DNA from: an uncultured Eubacteriales bacterium | Lineage (GTDB): Bacteria > Bacillota > Clostridia > Christensenellales > Aristaeellaceae | DNA length: 64,000 nucleotides | Reading direction: 5' to 3' | Assembly: GCA_900317565.1 (NCBI GenBank) | Contig: ONHI01000001.1 | Span: 7,934-71,933 of the forward strand | Part shown: positions 7,424-16,872 of the stretch, piece after piece | Position numbering within the stretch: position 1 is the stretch's first letter | Layout: the number at the start of each line of letters is the position of its first letter | The notes under the pieces: generated by a model | Databases searched by the model: none | What the model was told of the DNA's origin: nothing | The model's input: the letters and a program-made list of their open reading frames with translations, nothing else | Made by a program: the position numbers and the translations under genes

Positions 7424-9778
7424 TTACGCCAGCACGACCTCGACCTCGTGGGTGGCGGGGGCCTTGTCGGCGGGGATGACGTTGCCCTCGAGGGCCGCGC
7501 CGTCCACGGTCAGGCTCAGCTTGCCCTTCTCGTCGCCGGCCTTGTTGACGATGTGGATGTTGTAGGTGCTGCCGCGGAACTTGCGCACCAGGCGCAGGTC
7601 GGTCAGCTCCTTGGGCAGGCAGGGATCCAGCCTCAGGCCGTCATAATCCGGCTTGACGCCCAGTATGCCCTGGCTGATGGTGTAGAAGCTCCAGGCCGCG
7701 GTGCCGGTCAGCCAGCTGTTCTTGGCCTGGCCATAGTTGGGCGCGTAGGGACCGGCCACCATCTGGCTGTAGACATAGGGCTCGGTGTAGTGCAGCTGCT
7801 GGTCCTCGATCCAGGCGGGGCAGGTGCGGCGATAGATGTCGAAGGCCTTGCCACCGTGGCCCAGCCGGGCCTGCGCCAGCGCGATCCAGGGGTTGTTGTG
7901 GCAGAAGATGCCGCCGTTCTCCTTGTATCCCGGGGGATAGGAGCTGACCTCGCCCAGCTCCAGGTGATAGCGGGTGTAGGGCGGGGTCAGTATGGCGACG
8001 CCGTGCTCGCAGAGCAGGTGCTTCTCCACGCTGTCCATGGCCTTCTGGGCATAGCCCTCCTTCACGCCCACGCCGCCCATGACGACGAAGCCCTGGGGCT
8101 CGATGAAGATCTTGCCCTCCTCGCACTCGTGGCTGCCCACCTTGTTGCCGAAGGCGTCGTAGGCGCGCACGAACCATTCGCCGTCCCAGCCGTCGGTCAG
8201 TATGGCCTTCTCCATGGCGTCATACCAGCCGGACACCTGGTCGGCCTCCTCGTTCCAGCCGTACAGGCGGCACAGCGCCTCGTAATCCGGGCACACGCCG
8301 GTGAACATGCCGGCGATGAAGGTGGACTCCGCCGCGCCGGACTCGTTGTTCTCGGTGGTCTGGAAGCTCTCGCCGGGGGTGCTGGAGAAGCAGTTCAGGT
8401 TCAGGCAGTCGTTCCAGTCGGCGCGGCCGATCAGCGGCAGACCGTGGGGGCCGCGATGCTCCAGCGTGAAATGGATGCTGCGGCGCAGGTGCTCCATCAG
8501 CGGCTGGGCCAGCTTCTCGTCGTTGTCGAAGGGCACCATTTCCTTCAGGATGGACACGTCGCCGGTCTCCTTGATGTAGGCGGCCACGCCGAAGATCAGC
8601 CACAGCGGGTCGTCGTTGAAGCCGGAGCCGATGTCGTTGTTGCCCCGCTTGGTCAGCGGCTGGTACTGGTGATAGGCGCTGCCGTCCGGGAACTGGGTGG
8701 CGGCGATGTCCAGTATGCGCTCGCGGGCGCGGGCGGGGATCAGGTGCACGAAGCCCAGCAGGTCCTGGGTGGAATCGCGGAAGCCCATGCCGCGGCCGAT
8801 GCCGGATTCATAGTAGCTGGCGGAGCGGCTCATGTTGAAGGTGACCATGCACTGGTACTGGTTCCACAGGCCCGCCATGCGGTCCACGCGGACGTCGCCG
8901 CTGTCCACCTGGAAGGAGGAGAGCAGGTCCGCCCAGTAGGCGTTCAGCTCGGCAAAGGCGGCCTCAAACTGCGCGTCGGTCTTGAACTGATCCAGGATGG
9001 CGTAGGCCGGGGCCTTGTTGATCACGTTGGGCGCGGAGAACTTCTCCTCCTGGGGATTCTCGCAATAGGCCAGCACAAATATGAAGCTGGCGGTCTCGTC
9101 CGGGCCCAGGGTGCGCTTCAGGCAGTGGCTGGCGATGGGGGAGAAGCCGCTGGCGACGCTGTTTTTGCTGCGGTTCAGCGTAGGCACCTCCGGCTCGCCG
9201 AAGCCGTTGTAATAGCCCAGAAACGAGGCGCGGTCGGTGTCGAAGCCGTCGATGTCGGCGTTGACCGCGTACACCGCGAAGTGGTTGCGGCGCTCGCGGT
9301 ACTCGGTCTTGTGGTAGATGGCGCTGCCCTCGATCTCCACCTCGCCGGTGGAGAAGTTGCGCTGGAAGTTGGTGGACAGCTGCACGCGGGTCACCAGCGC
9401 GTTCACGCCCCGGGGCACGAAGGACAGCTGGCGCGCCTGCAGGCCGTCGCGCTCGCCGGTGATGCGGGTGTAGCCCAGGCCGTGGCGGCACTCATAGCGG
9501 TCCAGCGCCGCCTTCACCGGCATCCAGCCGGGAGTCCACAGGTTGCCGCCGTCGTTGATGTAGAAATACTGTCCGCCCGCGTCCGTGGGCACGTTGTTGT
9601 AGCGGTAGCGGGTGATGCGCAGCATGCGGGCGTCCTTGTAGAAGCTGTAGCCGCCGCCGGTGTTGCTCATCAGGGTGAAGAACGCCTCGCTGCCCAGATA
9701 GTTGATCCAGGGCGAGGGGGTGTCGGGGCGCGTGATGACGTATTCCCGCGCCAGGTCGTCGAAATGACCGTATTCCAT
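7424..9778 (-). CDS. GH94 glycoside phosphorylase (cellobiose/cellodextrin phosphorylase-like)
   Basis: Start at MEYGHFDD (ATG 9778, SD gaggagg). [35 protein letters not shown], and the catalytic-domain motif RADWNDCLN. Confidence 0.9.
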   Translation of the reverse strand: MEYGHFDDLAREYVITRPDTPSPWINYLGSEAFFTLMSNTGGGYSFYKDARMLRITRYRYNNVPTDAGGQYFYINDGGNLWTPGWMPVKAALDRYECRHGLGYTRITGERDGLQARQLSFVPRGVNALVTRVQLSTNFQRNFSTGEVEIEGSAIYHKTEYRERRNHFAVYAVNADIDGFDTDRASFLGYYNGFGEPEVPTLNRSKNSVASGFSPIASHCLKRTLGPDETASFIFVLAYCENPQEEKFSAPNVINKAPAYAILDQFKTDAQFEAAFAELNAYWADLLSSFQVDSGDVRVDRMAGLWNQYQCMVTFNMSRSASYYESGIGRGMGFRDSTQDLLGFVHLIPARARERILDIAATQFPDGSAYHQYQPLTKRGNNDIGSGFNDDPLWLIFGVAAYIKETGDVSILKEMVPFDNDEKLAQPLMEHLRRSIHFTLEHRGPHGLPLIGRADWNDCLNLNCFSSTPGESFQTTENNESGAAESTFIAGMFTGVCPDYEALCRLYGWNEEADQVSGWYDAMEKAILTDGWDGEWFVRAYDAFGNKVGSHECEEGKIFIEPQGFVVMGGVGVKEGYAQKAMDSVEKHLLCEHGVAILTPPYTRYHLELGEVSSYPPGYKENGGIFCHNNPWIALAQARLGHGGKAFDIYRRTCPAWIEDQQLHYTEPYVYSQMVAGPYAPNYGQAKNSWLTGTAAWSFYTISQGILGVKPDYDGLRLDPCLPKELTDLRLVRKFRGSTYNIHIVNKAGDEKGKLSLTVDGAALEGNVIPADKAPATHEVEVVLA

Positions 9779-9803
9779 AGGCGTAGCCTCCTCTATGTGT
9801 GAT

Positions 9804-9831
9804 GTATATCGAAAACGTTTTCGATATACAC
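9804..9831. promoter_or_regulatory. Perfect 28-bp palindrome, LacI-family-type operator candidate
   Basis: TGTATATCGAAAAC|GTTTTCGATATACA with a central CG. Lies 26 nt upstream of the GH94 start. Confidence 0.55.
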
Positions 9832-10092
9832 TATTAAAACTCATGTTAATATATTAACCCGAATGTGGGAAAAAATCAAGGGGTTCCGAAAGGTTTTACA
9901 CGGGGAATGCCATTATTTATTTCCGAAAACCGCCTTTTTTGCGAAAATCGTGACCGCAAAGGAACAAAACCTGGTAATTTGCCGTCCAAGCGAAATAGAG
10001 GAAGGAATATTCCCCGCGGGCGGCGAATATTCCGTGGGATAAATCAGGTTTACTATGCACATACGCAGAACAATGCGCAGGAGGTCCTACAT

Positions 10093-13000
10093 ATGAACAG
10101 AAAGCATCGCATCGGAATACTGTGGCTGGCAGTAATCGTGTGCCTGACGCTGCTGGCGTCGGCGCTGCCGGTCCTGGCCGAGGGGGACGGGGGAGATCCC
10201 GCGCCTGATCCGACGACCTACAACTACACCTGGGTCTTCGGCAACGGCCAGGACAACGCCACCGAATCCACCACGGAGTCCCGCGTCGCGGGCGACAAGG
10301 GCACCCCGGAGTGGAAGGGCCACACCTTCAACGGCTGGTCCAAGTCCGAGGACGGCACGAACATCACCTACACCGCCCAGTGGACGGTCAACCAGTGTAC
10401 GGTGAAGTTCGTCTCCGAGGGCTCGGAGCTCAGCTCCAAGGCCTATGATTACGGCACCAAGGCCGGGGACATCGCCAAGCCTGCGGACCCCACCAAGGAG
10501 GCCACGGCGGAGAACAGCTATACCTTCGCCGGCTGGGATCCCGAGGTCGCGGACGTGACCGCGGATGCCACCTATACCGCGAAGTTTGACGCCGCCAAGC
10601 GCAGCTACACCATCACCTGGAAGAGCGACGACGGCTCGACCATCGAGACCACCACGGCGGAGTACGGCGCGACCCCGAGCCACGCCGACGCCACCAAGGC
10701 AGATACGGCGGAGTACACCTACACCTTCACCGGTTGGGATCCCGCCATCGCGGCGGTGTCCGGCGACGCCACCTATACCGCGAAGTTTGACGCCGCCAAG
10801 CGCAGCTACACCGTCACCTGGAAGAACGACGACGGCAGCGTCATCGACACCGCACCGGCGGAATACGGCGCGACCCCGAGCCACGCCGACCCGACCAAGG
10901 CCGAGGACGAGCATTACACCTACGCCTTCGCGGGCTGGACGCCCGCCATCGCGGCGGTGACCGGCGACGCCGAATACACCGCTTCATATAATAAGACCGG
11001 CAAGCCCTTCACCGTGAAGTTCGTGGACGAGGACGGCGCCACCTCCCTGGGCGAGACCTCCTATCCCTACGGCACCGCGGCGGCGGGCATCACCGCGCCC
11101 ACCGTGGCGGACAAGTCTGACGAGCACTACACCTATACCTTCGCGGCCTGGGAGCCCGCCCTGGCGGACGTGACCGGCGCTGCGACCTACAAGGCCACCT
11201 ACACCAAGACCGGCAAGCCCTGCACCGTGACCTTCGTGGATTCCGACGGCACCACGGTCCTGGGCACCGCCCAGTATCCCTACGGCACCGCGGCGGCGGG
11301 CGTCACCGCGCCCACCGTGGCGGACAAGTCGGACGAGCATTATATCGTCGCCTTCGCCGCCTGGGAGCCCGCCATCGCGGACGTGACCGGCGACGCCACC
11401 TACAAGGCGACCTACACCCAGACCGGCAAGCCCTGCACCATTACCTTTGTGGATGCGGACGGCACGACCGTGCTGAAGGAGGCCGCCCAGTATCCCTACG
11501 GCACCGCGGCGGCGAGCATCGCCCAGCCCGAGGCCCCCGTCAAGGCCGCGGACGAGACCAACACCTATACCTTCGCCGGTTGGGAGCCCGCGCTGGCGGA
11601 CGTGACCGCCGACGCGACCTACAAGGCCGTCTACACCGCGACGCCCATCGCGCCCCAGGTCGTGGCGATCGCCCAGTTCCAGGCCCTGCCGGCGACCGGC
11701 GAGAACCTGACCTACAAGCCTGCCATCGCGACGGAGCTGGCCAAGCTGCCCGCGGAGCTGGACGTGGTCCTGGCCGACGGCACCGCCGCCAAGGCCCCCG
11801 TGACCTGGTCCTGCGCAAATTACGACGCGGCCTATGACGGCGCGTTCGTGTTCACCGCCGCGCTGGCGGAGAACGCCCCCAACCCCGTGGCGGAGGGCGT
11901 GGCGATGCCCACCTTCACGCTGAACGTGGCCCCGGGCGTCTATACCGACGCGACCGGCGTCTTCGGCTACCGGCTGAACGAGCAGAACCTGGCGGCGATC
12001 ATCACCTTCGCGCCCACCACTGCCACCGAGGTCGTGGTGCCCGAGACGATCGAAGGCGCGCAGGTCACGAACATCGAGGCCGCGACCTTCAAGGATCAGA
12101 AGACCCTGACCAAGATCGAGCTGCCCAAGGGCCTGAAGGCCATCGGCGACAATGCCTTCGAGGGCTGCGTCGCGCTGGAGACCCTGGTCGTCCCGGATTC
12201 CCTGGAGACCCTGGGCGCGAACACCACGCTGAACGACGCGGCGCTGAAGCACCTCACCCTGCGCACCGATCTGGATTCCACCATGAGCGCCAAGGACACC
12301 GTGGATCACACCGTGACCGCGGAGGACGGCACGCAGACCCCCTACAGCATGAAGCTGCCCGCGAGCATCAACGACATCATCGTCAACGCCGGCACGCTGA
12401 CGCTGGATTGCAATTACACCGTGGGCAAGAAGAACAGCGTCACCGTCATCCAAGGCGCGACGCTGACCCTGCCGGAGAAGCGCACGCTGACCAACAACGG
12501 CACCGTCACCAATTACGGCACCGTGACCAACAACGGCACGATCATCAGCTGCGGCGGCACCTGGGGACAGAACGCCTCCACCCAGGGCAAGAAGGGCAGC
12601 TTCACCGACAAGCACGTGTATGAATCCGGCGTCTGCACCGTCTGCGGCGCGGAGGAGGAGTTCGTGGTCACCGACCTGACCATCGCCTACAAGGGCGCTG
12701 CGCTGACCAAGGTCTACGACAAGACCCGCAACGTCACGCTGAAGGGCTCCGATTTCAAGATCAGCGACACCCAGGAGGGCCACACCGCCGTGCGTATCAC
12801 CGCCATCAAGGCGGCCTACGACAGCGCGGATGTGGGCAAGCGCACCGTCTCCGTCAGCTTCACCATCGGCGGCGACGATGCCAGCCGCTATCGCACCAAG
12901 AGCATCAGCATCCCGGCCACGATCACGGCCAAGACGCTGACCATCACCCCCACCGAGGGCCAGAAGAAGGTCTACGGCGCGGCGGATCCCACCTATTTCA

Positions 13001-14700
13001 CCGGCAAGGTCAAGGGCCTGCTCTCCGGCGACACCATCACCGGGCGGCTGAGCCGTGAGGTCGGCGAGGACGTGGGCAAGTACAAGATCATCCAGGGCAC
13101 CATCGATCCCGGCGCAAACTACGCCGTGGAGGTGGGCGAGGCCTACTTCGAGATCGAGGCGAAGTCCATCAACAGCTCCGACGTGGGCCTGGTCACCATC
13201 GGCAACCAGCGCTACACCGGCAAGGCCATCGAGCCCGAGATCACGCTGCGCTTCGGCGCGAACACCCTGAAGAAGGACACCGACTTCAAGGTGGAGTATT
13301 CCGACAACAAGGAGCCCGGCACCGCCAAGGTGAAGCTGTCCGGTATGGGCAATTACACCGGCGAGCGCGAGACCACCTTCCGCATCCTGAACATCAACAG
13401 CGACGGCGGCTCCGGCTCCGGCTCCGGCAGCTCCGGTGGCAGCGGCGGCTCCGGCGGAAGCTATCGCCACAGCGGCTTCAGCGACGGCGATTACGAGGAC
13501 GCCGATGAGGACGACGACATCTTCGACGACGAGGATGACGACGACGAGGACGAGGAAGACGAGGACGAGGATATCGGCCGGCTGCTGCTGGACGACGTCG
13601 ACTACGGCACCGTGCTGTTCGACAGCGAGGGCGATCCCAAGGCCTTCGTGCTGTTCGAGGAGCAGCTGGGCACCCCCGAGGAGCCCGAGCGCATGCTGAC
13701 GATCATCCCCGAGCCCATGAAGGACGAGGAGACCGGCGCGAGCATCTACCTGGAGGAGGGCGGCCGCGAGAAGTACGAGGAGTCGCACCTGCGCCTGGGC
13801 ACGGCCCTGATCCAGACCCTGGAGGACAAGCAGGTCAAGGAGATCATCTATGAGATGGAGCAGGCCGACCTGCACATCCCGGTGGCCTCCCTGGTCAGCG
13901 AGATCCCGCTGGACGCCCCGGACGCCTCCGAGGGCATCGAGGCCACGGACGACACCGAGGAGCTGGAGATCGCGCCCAACACCCTGCAGGTGGCCGGCTA
14001 CGACATCTGCCTGGAGCAGTATGACGCCATCGAGCCCGAACAGCGCGAGCGCGAGGACGCCGTGCTGGAGACCTACGAGATGATCGCTCCCGCCTATCGC
14101 GTGCGCGTGCGCGTGATCCCCGAGGGCCAGGAGCAGCAGATCGAGGATCCCGGCCTGGCGATCGATCCCGAGCAAGAGGCGCTGACCGTCGAGGATGAGG
14201 AGGACGACGCGGAGGACGAGGACGAGGCCGTCGAGCCCGCTTCGCCCTACGAGAAGCTGCCGGAGGGCTGGTATCCCGAGGGCATGACGCTGATGCTGCT
14301 GCCCAGCGACGACCTGGAGCAGGCCCCCGAAGGCGCGGAGTCGGTCTACATCTCCATCATCGAAGATCCCGAGGATGTGGACGAGGTCCAGAACACGCCC
14401 GTGGAGTTCATCAACCAGGAGGGCATGCTCTACGCCAACATCCCGCTGTCCAGCGACGGCGTGTACACCGTGACCGCCCCCGAGGGCTGGAACGAGACCG
14501 GCGAATTCGCTGACCTGTCCGAGTATGAGGGCTCCGGCGAGGAGGAGGAAGGCGTGGACGATTTCGACATTGACGAAGGCGACGACGGCATGGAGGACTT
14601 TGACGAGGACTTCGATTTCGGCGGCGGCAGCTTCGGCAATCTGAGCGGCATCGGCTCCACCTTCGAAGTGGACGAGAACGGCAATCCCATCGAGCACTGA
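10093..14700 (+). CDS. Secreted multi-repeat surface protein (Listeria-Bacteroides repeats, BspA-type LRR, MBG/Ig-like domains, acidic tail)
   Basis: ATG 10093 with AGGAGG SD. Signal peptide MNRKHRIGILWLAVIVCLTLLASALPVLAEG. Repeated YTFAGWDP...DATYTAKF units. LRR segment IELPKGLKAIGDNAFEGCVALETLVVP. KVYGAADPTYF MBG-like segment. GS-rich then D/E-rich C-terminus. Confidence 0.85.
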   Translation: MNRKHRIGILWLAVIVCLTLLASALPVLAEGDGGDPAPDPTTYNYTWVFGNGQDNATESTTESRVAGDKGTPEWKGHTFNGWSKSEDGTNITYTAQWTVNQCTVKFVSEGSELSSKAYDYGTKAGDIAKPADPTKEATAENSYTFAGWDPEVADVTADATYTAKFDAAKRSYTITWKSDDGSTIETTTAEYGATPSHADATKADTAEYTYTFTGWDPAIAAVSGDATYTAKFDAAKRSYTVTWKNDDGSVIDTAPAEYGATPSHADPTKAEDEHYTYAFAGWTPAIAAVTGDAEYTASYNKTGKPFTVKFVDEDGATSLGETSYPYGTAAAGITAPTVADKSDEHYTYTFAAWEPALADVTGAATYKATYTKTGKPCTVTFVDSDGTTVLGTAQYPYGTAAAGVTAPTVADKSDEHYIVAFAAWEPAIADVTGDATYKATYTQTGKPCTITFVDADGTTVLKEAAQYPYGTAAASIAQPEAPVKAADETNTYTFAGWEPALADVTADATYKAVYTATPIAPQVVAIAQFQALPATGENLTYKPAIATELAKLPAELDVVLADGTAAKAPVTWSCANYDAAYDGAFVFTAALAENAPNPVAEGVAMPTFTLNVAPGVYTDATGVFGYRLNEQNLAAIITFAPTTATEVVVPETIEGAQVTNIEAATFKDQKTLTKIELPKGLKAIGDNAFEGCVALETLVVPDSLETLGANTTLNDAALKHLTLRTDLDSTMSAKDTVDHTVTAEDGTQTPYSMKLPASINDIIVNAGTLTLDCNYTVGKKNSVTVIQGATLTLPEKRTLTNNGTVTNYGTVTNNGTIISCGGTWGQNASTQGKKGSFTDKHVYESGVCTVCGAEEEFVVTDLTIAYKGAALTKVYDKTRNVTLKGSDFKISDTQEGHTAVRITAIKAAYDSADVGKRTVSVSFTIGGDDASRYRTKSISIPATITAKTLTITPTEGQKKVYGAADPTYFTGKVKGLLSGDTITGRLSREVGEDVGKYKIIQGTIDPGANYAVEVGEAYFEIEAKSINSSDVGLVTIGNQRYTGKAIEPEITLRFGANTLKKDTDFKVEYSDNKEPGTAKVKLSGMGNYTGERETTFRILNINSDGGSGSGSGSSGGSGGSGGSYRHSGFSDGDYEDADEDDDIFDDEDDDDEDEEDEDEDIGRLLLDDVDYGTVLFDSEGDPKAFVLFEEQLGTPEEPERMLTIIPEPMKDEETGASIYLEEGGREKYEESHLRLGTALIQTLEDKQVKEIIYEMEQADLHIPVASLVSEIPLDAPDASEGIEATDDTEELEIAPNTLQVAGYDICLEQYDAIEPEQREREDAVLETYEMIAPAYRVRVRVIPEGQEQQIEDPGLAIDPEQEALTVEDEEDDAEDEDEAVEPASPYEKLPEGWYPEGMTLMLLPSDDLEQAPEGAESVYISIIEDPEDVDEVQNTPVEFINQEGMLYANIPLSSDGVYTVTAPEGWNETGEFADLSEYEGSGEEEEGVDDFDIDEGDDGMEDFDEDFDFGGGSFGNLSGIGSTFEVDENGNPIEH
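10420..11640 (+). repeat. Intragenic tandem repeats (about 201-210 nt units) in the surface protein gene
   Basis: For example, gccacctataccgcgaagtttgacgccgccaagcgcagctacacc occurs at 10567 and 10768. GKP[FC]T[VI].FVD units recur three times. Confidence 0.8.
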
Positions 14701-14751
14701 TCTTTAAACCCGGAGGGCCCGCGACGCGCGTCACGGACCCTCCAAAAATAC

Positions 14752-14789
14752 AAAAAAACCGCGACGCCCGGAAGGCATCGCGGTTTTTT
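14752..14789. terminator. Bidirectional intrinsic terminator
   Basis: aaaaaaaccgcgacgcc-cggaa-ggcatcgcggtttttt, with an A-run and a T-run flanking a GC stem. Sits between convergent genes. Confidence 0.8.
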
Positions 14790-14793
14790 AATA

Positions 14794-15135
14794 TCAATCC
14801 TTGATGATGGCGGCGAGGATCACCAGGTCGGTGTCGCCGGTGTTTTCCACGCTGTGGCCGTGGCCGCTGAAGGTGGCCATGGAATCGCCCGCGCTGACGT
14901 CCACCGTCCTGTCGTCGTCCTGCACGCGGCCGTTGCCCTCCATGAAGTAGAACATCTCGGTCTCGTTTTCGTGGACGTGATAGCCGATGGAAGCGCCGGG
15001 GATCAGGGTCAGTATCGAGAACATGCGCATCTTCTCCGGCAGCCGGGTGGACAGCTCCGTGGTCTCCACCTGCTTCTTGCCGCCGCGCATGAATTCGCGT
15101 ATGCCATGGGATTGCTGCTCTTTGCGGGTAATCAT
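14794..15135 (-). CDS. Cupin domain protein
   Basis: GASIGYHVHENETEMFYFMEGNG...GHGHSVENTG, the two-motif cupin signature. Confidence 0.8.
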   Translation of the reverse strand: MITRKEQQSHGIREFMRGGKKQVETTELSTRLPEKMRMFSILTLIPGASIGYHVHENETEMFYFMEGNGRVQDDDRTVDVSAGDSMATFSGHGHSVENTGDTDLVILAAIIKD

Positions 15136-15243
15136 AGATAGGACCTCCTTTGCGAATCGCCCCTGCGGGCCATCCTTTGACTACAATGATTATAGTATGG
15201 TTTGTGCCCGTACACAAGTAAATTCTTTTTAACATTAAGAGGT

Positions 15244-15271
15244 TTGTTAAAAACGCTAATTATGCTATAAT
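15244..15271 (+). promoter_or_regulatory. Promoter of the ECF S-component/coaX operon
   Basis: TTGTTA, 16-nt spacer, TGcTATAAT (extended -10). Leaves a leader of about 85 nt before the ATG. Confidence 0.6.
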
Positions 15272-15362
15272 AGCGCTGTCGGCATCCACGGAGCCGAACA
15301 CGGTTTCCCTGTCACAAATTCTGTAGGGTATCACGCGATGAACTCGAACGGAGGAATGAAAG

Positions 15363-16022
15363 ATGAAGAACAATTCTGTCAACACCGTCGCCCGCGGCGC
15401 GTCCGCAAAGGTTGCCTTCGGCCTGACCAGCCGCGATTTCGTCATCCTCGCCATGCTCGTGGCGCTGGAGATCATACTGGGCCTGTGGAACATCCCCATG
15501 CCTGCCGGACTGTCGATCACCTTCAACATGATCCCCGTGGCCATCGCGGCCATCGCCATCGGCCCGAAGGGCGGCGCGATCATCGGCAGCGCCTTCGGCC
15601 TGATCAGCTTTTTGCAGTGCTTCGGCGTCATGGGCAGCAGCGGCCTGGGCATCGCGCTGATGCAGGAGGGCGCGAACCCGATCTTGATGTTCGTGCATCG
15701 CTTCGGCTCCCGGCTGCTGGACGGCCTGCTGCTGGGCTTTATATTCAAGGCGCTGCGGGGCAGGTGCAACCGCTTCGCCGCCTGCTCGGTCACCGGCTTC
15801 ATGGCGGCGTTTTTGAACACGCTGCTGTTCATGTCCACGCTGGTGCTGTTCTTCTCGAACACCGCGAAGATGCAGCAGAGCATGGCCGGCCGGGCGTTTT
15901 TCGCCTATATCGTCGCCTCGGTGGGCGTCAACGGCCTGATCGAGATGGCCGTCTCCACGATACTGACCGGCGCCATCGGCACGGCGCTGTTCAAGGCGGG
16001 CCTGATCCGCGACGGCAAGTAA
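15363..16022 (+). CDS. ECF transporter S component (possibly pantothenate-specific, given the coaX neighbour)
   Basis: Six predicted TM segments. FVILAMLVALEIILG...IPVAIAAIAIGPKGGAIIGSAFGLISFL is a typical S-component. Substrate inferred from context only. Confidence 0.75.
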   Translation: MKNNSVNTVARGASAKVAFGLTSRDFVILAMLVALEIILGLWNIPMPAGLSITFNMIPVAIAAIAIGPKGGAIIGSAFGLISFLQCFGVMGSSGLGIALMQEGANPILMFVHRFGSRLLDGLLLGFIFKALRGRCNRFAACSVTGFMAAFLNTLLFMSTLVLFFSNTAKMQQSMAGRAFFAYIVASVGVNGLIEMAVSTILTGAIGTALFKAGLIRDGK

Positions 16023-16044
16023 CGCAATTCCAGGGGGTACGCAC

Positions 16045-16821
16045 ATGATTCTCACCCTTGACATCGGCAACACCAACATGAAGACGGCGCTGTTCGACGG
16101 CGCGGAGATGAAGCAGTACTGGCGCCTGTCCACCAACCGCAACCGCACGTCGGACGAATACGGCATGGCCATGATGAACCTGCTGGACCACCACGGCATC
16201 GACCGCAAGCAGGTGCAGGGCATCATGATGTCCTCCGTGGTGCCGCAGATCAACTTCACCATCGAGCACATGTGCCGCAACTACTTTGGCATGGAGCCGA
16301 TGAAGATCGAGCCCGGCGTAAAGACCGGCATCAACATCAGGTACGAAAACCCCCGGGAGCTGGGCAGCGACCGCATCGCCAACGCCGTGGCGGCCTACGA
16401 GCTGTACGGCGGGCCCTGCATCACCATCGATTTCGGCACCGCCACGTCCTTCGGCGCGATATCGGCCAGGGGCGAGTTCCTGGGCGGCGCGATCTGCCCC
16501 GGCTTGAAGCTGGCCGCCGACGCGCTGACCGAGAACACCGCCAAGCTGCCCCGCTTCGAGCTGGTGAAGCCGGAGAGCGTCATCGGGCGCAACACCGTCG
16601 CCAACATGCAGGCGGGCATCGTCTACGGCTACATCGGCCAGATCAAATACCTGGTGGACCGCATGAAGCGGGAGATGGGCGTGCCCGGCATCAAGGTGAT
16701 CGCCACCGGCGGCCTGGCCGTGCTGGTGGCGGGGGAATCCAGCGTGATCGACGTGATGGACGGCCTGTTGACGCTGAAGGGCCTGCGACTGATCTACGAG
16801 AAGAACGCGGTGAAAATCTGA
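16045..16821 (+). CDS. coaX: Type III pantothenate kinase
   Basis: MILTLDIGNTNMK, GSDRIANAVAA, ITIDFGTATSF, GGLA motifs. Confidence 0.93.
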   Translation: MILTLDIGNTNMKTALFDGAEMKQYWRLSTNRNRTSDEYGMAMMNLLDHHGIDRKQVQGIMMSSVVPQINFTIEHMCRNYFGMEPMKIEPGVKTGINIRYENPRELGSDRIANAVAAYELYGGPCITIDFGTATSFGAISARGEFLGGAICPGLKLAADALTENTAKLPRFELVKPESVIGRNTVANMQAGIVYGYIGQIKYLVDRMKREMGVPGIKVIATGGLAVLVAGESSVIDVMDGLLTLKGLRLIYEKNAVKI

Positions 16822-16872
16822 TTTGCCTGGCAAATCAGATTTTCACGTATCATAACGATGGGAGGTGATCGC

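Noticed and set aside
9865-10092. Upstream extension of the surface protein (76 aa, MGKNQGVPKG...).
   Set aside because: The region is AT-rich and promoter-like, and the peptide is basic and low-complexity. A strong AGGAGG SD and a signal peptide begin at ATG 10093.
10984-14697. 1237-aa ORF antisense to the surface-protein gene. Similar very long antisense or out-of-frame ORFs are 7448..9802 +, 3958..5301 +, 16843..19017 -, 25439..27298 -, 27576..29768 -, 29968..31443 -, 34407..36296 -, 37518..39968 -, 44194..46368 -, 46335..48566 -, 55065..57932 - and 58715..60415 -.
   Set aside because: These are typical high-GC shadow ORFs. Their composition is Ala/Arg/Gly/His/Val/Leu/Asp-biased with no family motifs. 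The opposite or alternative frame in each case encodes a protein with clear, well-known signatures.
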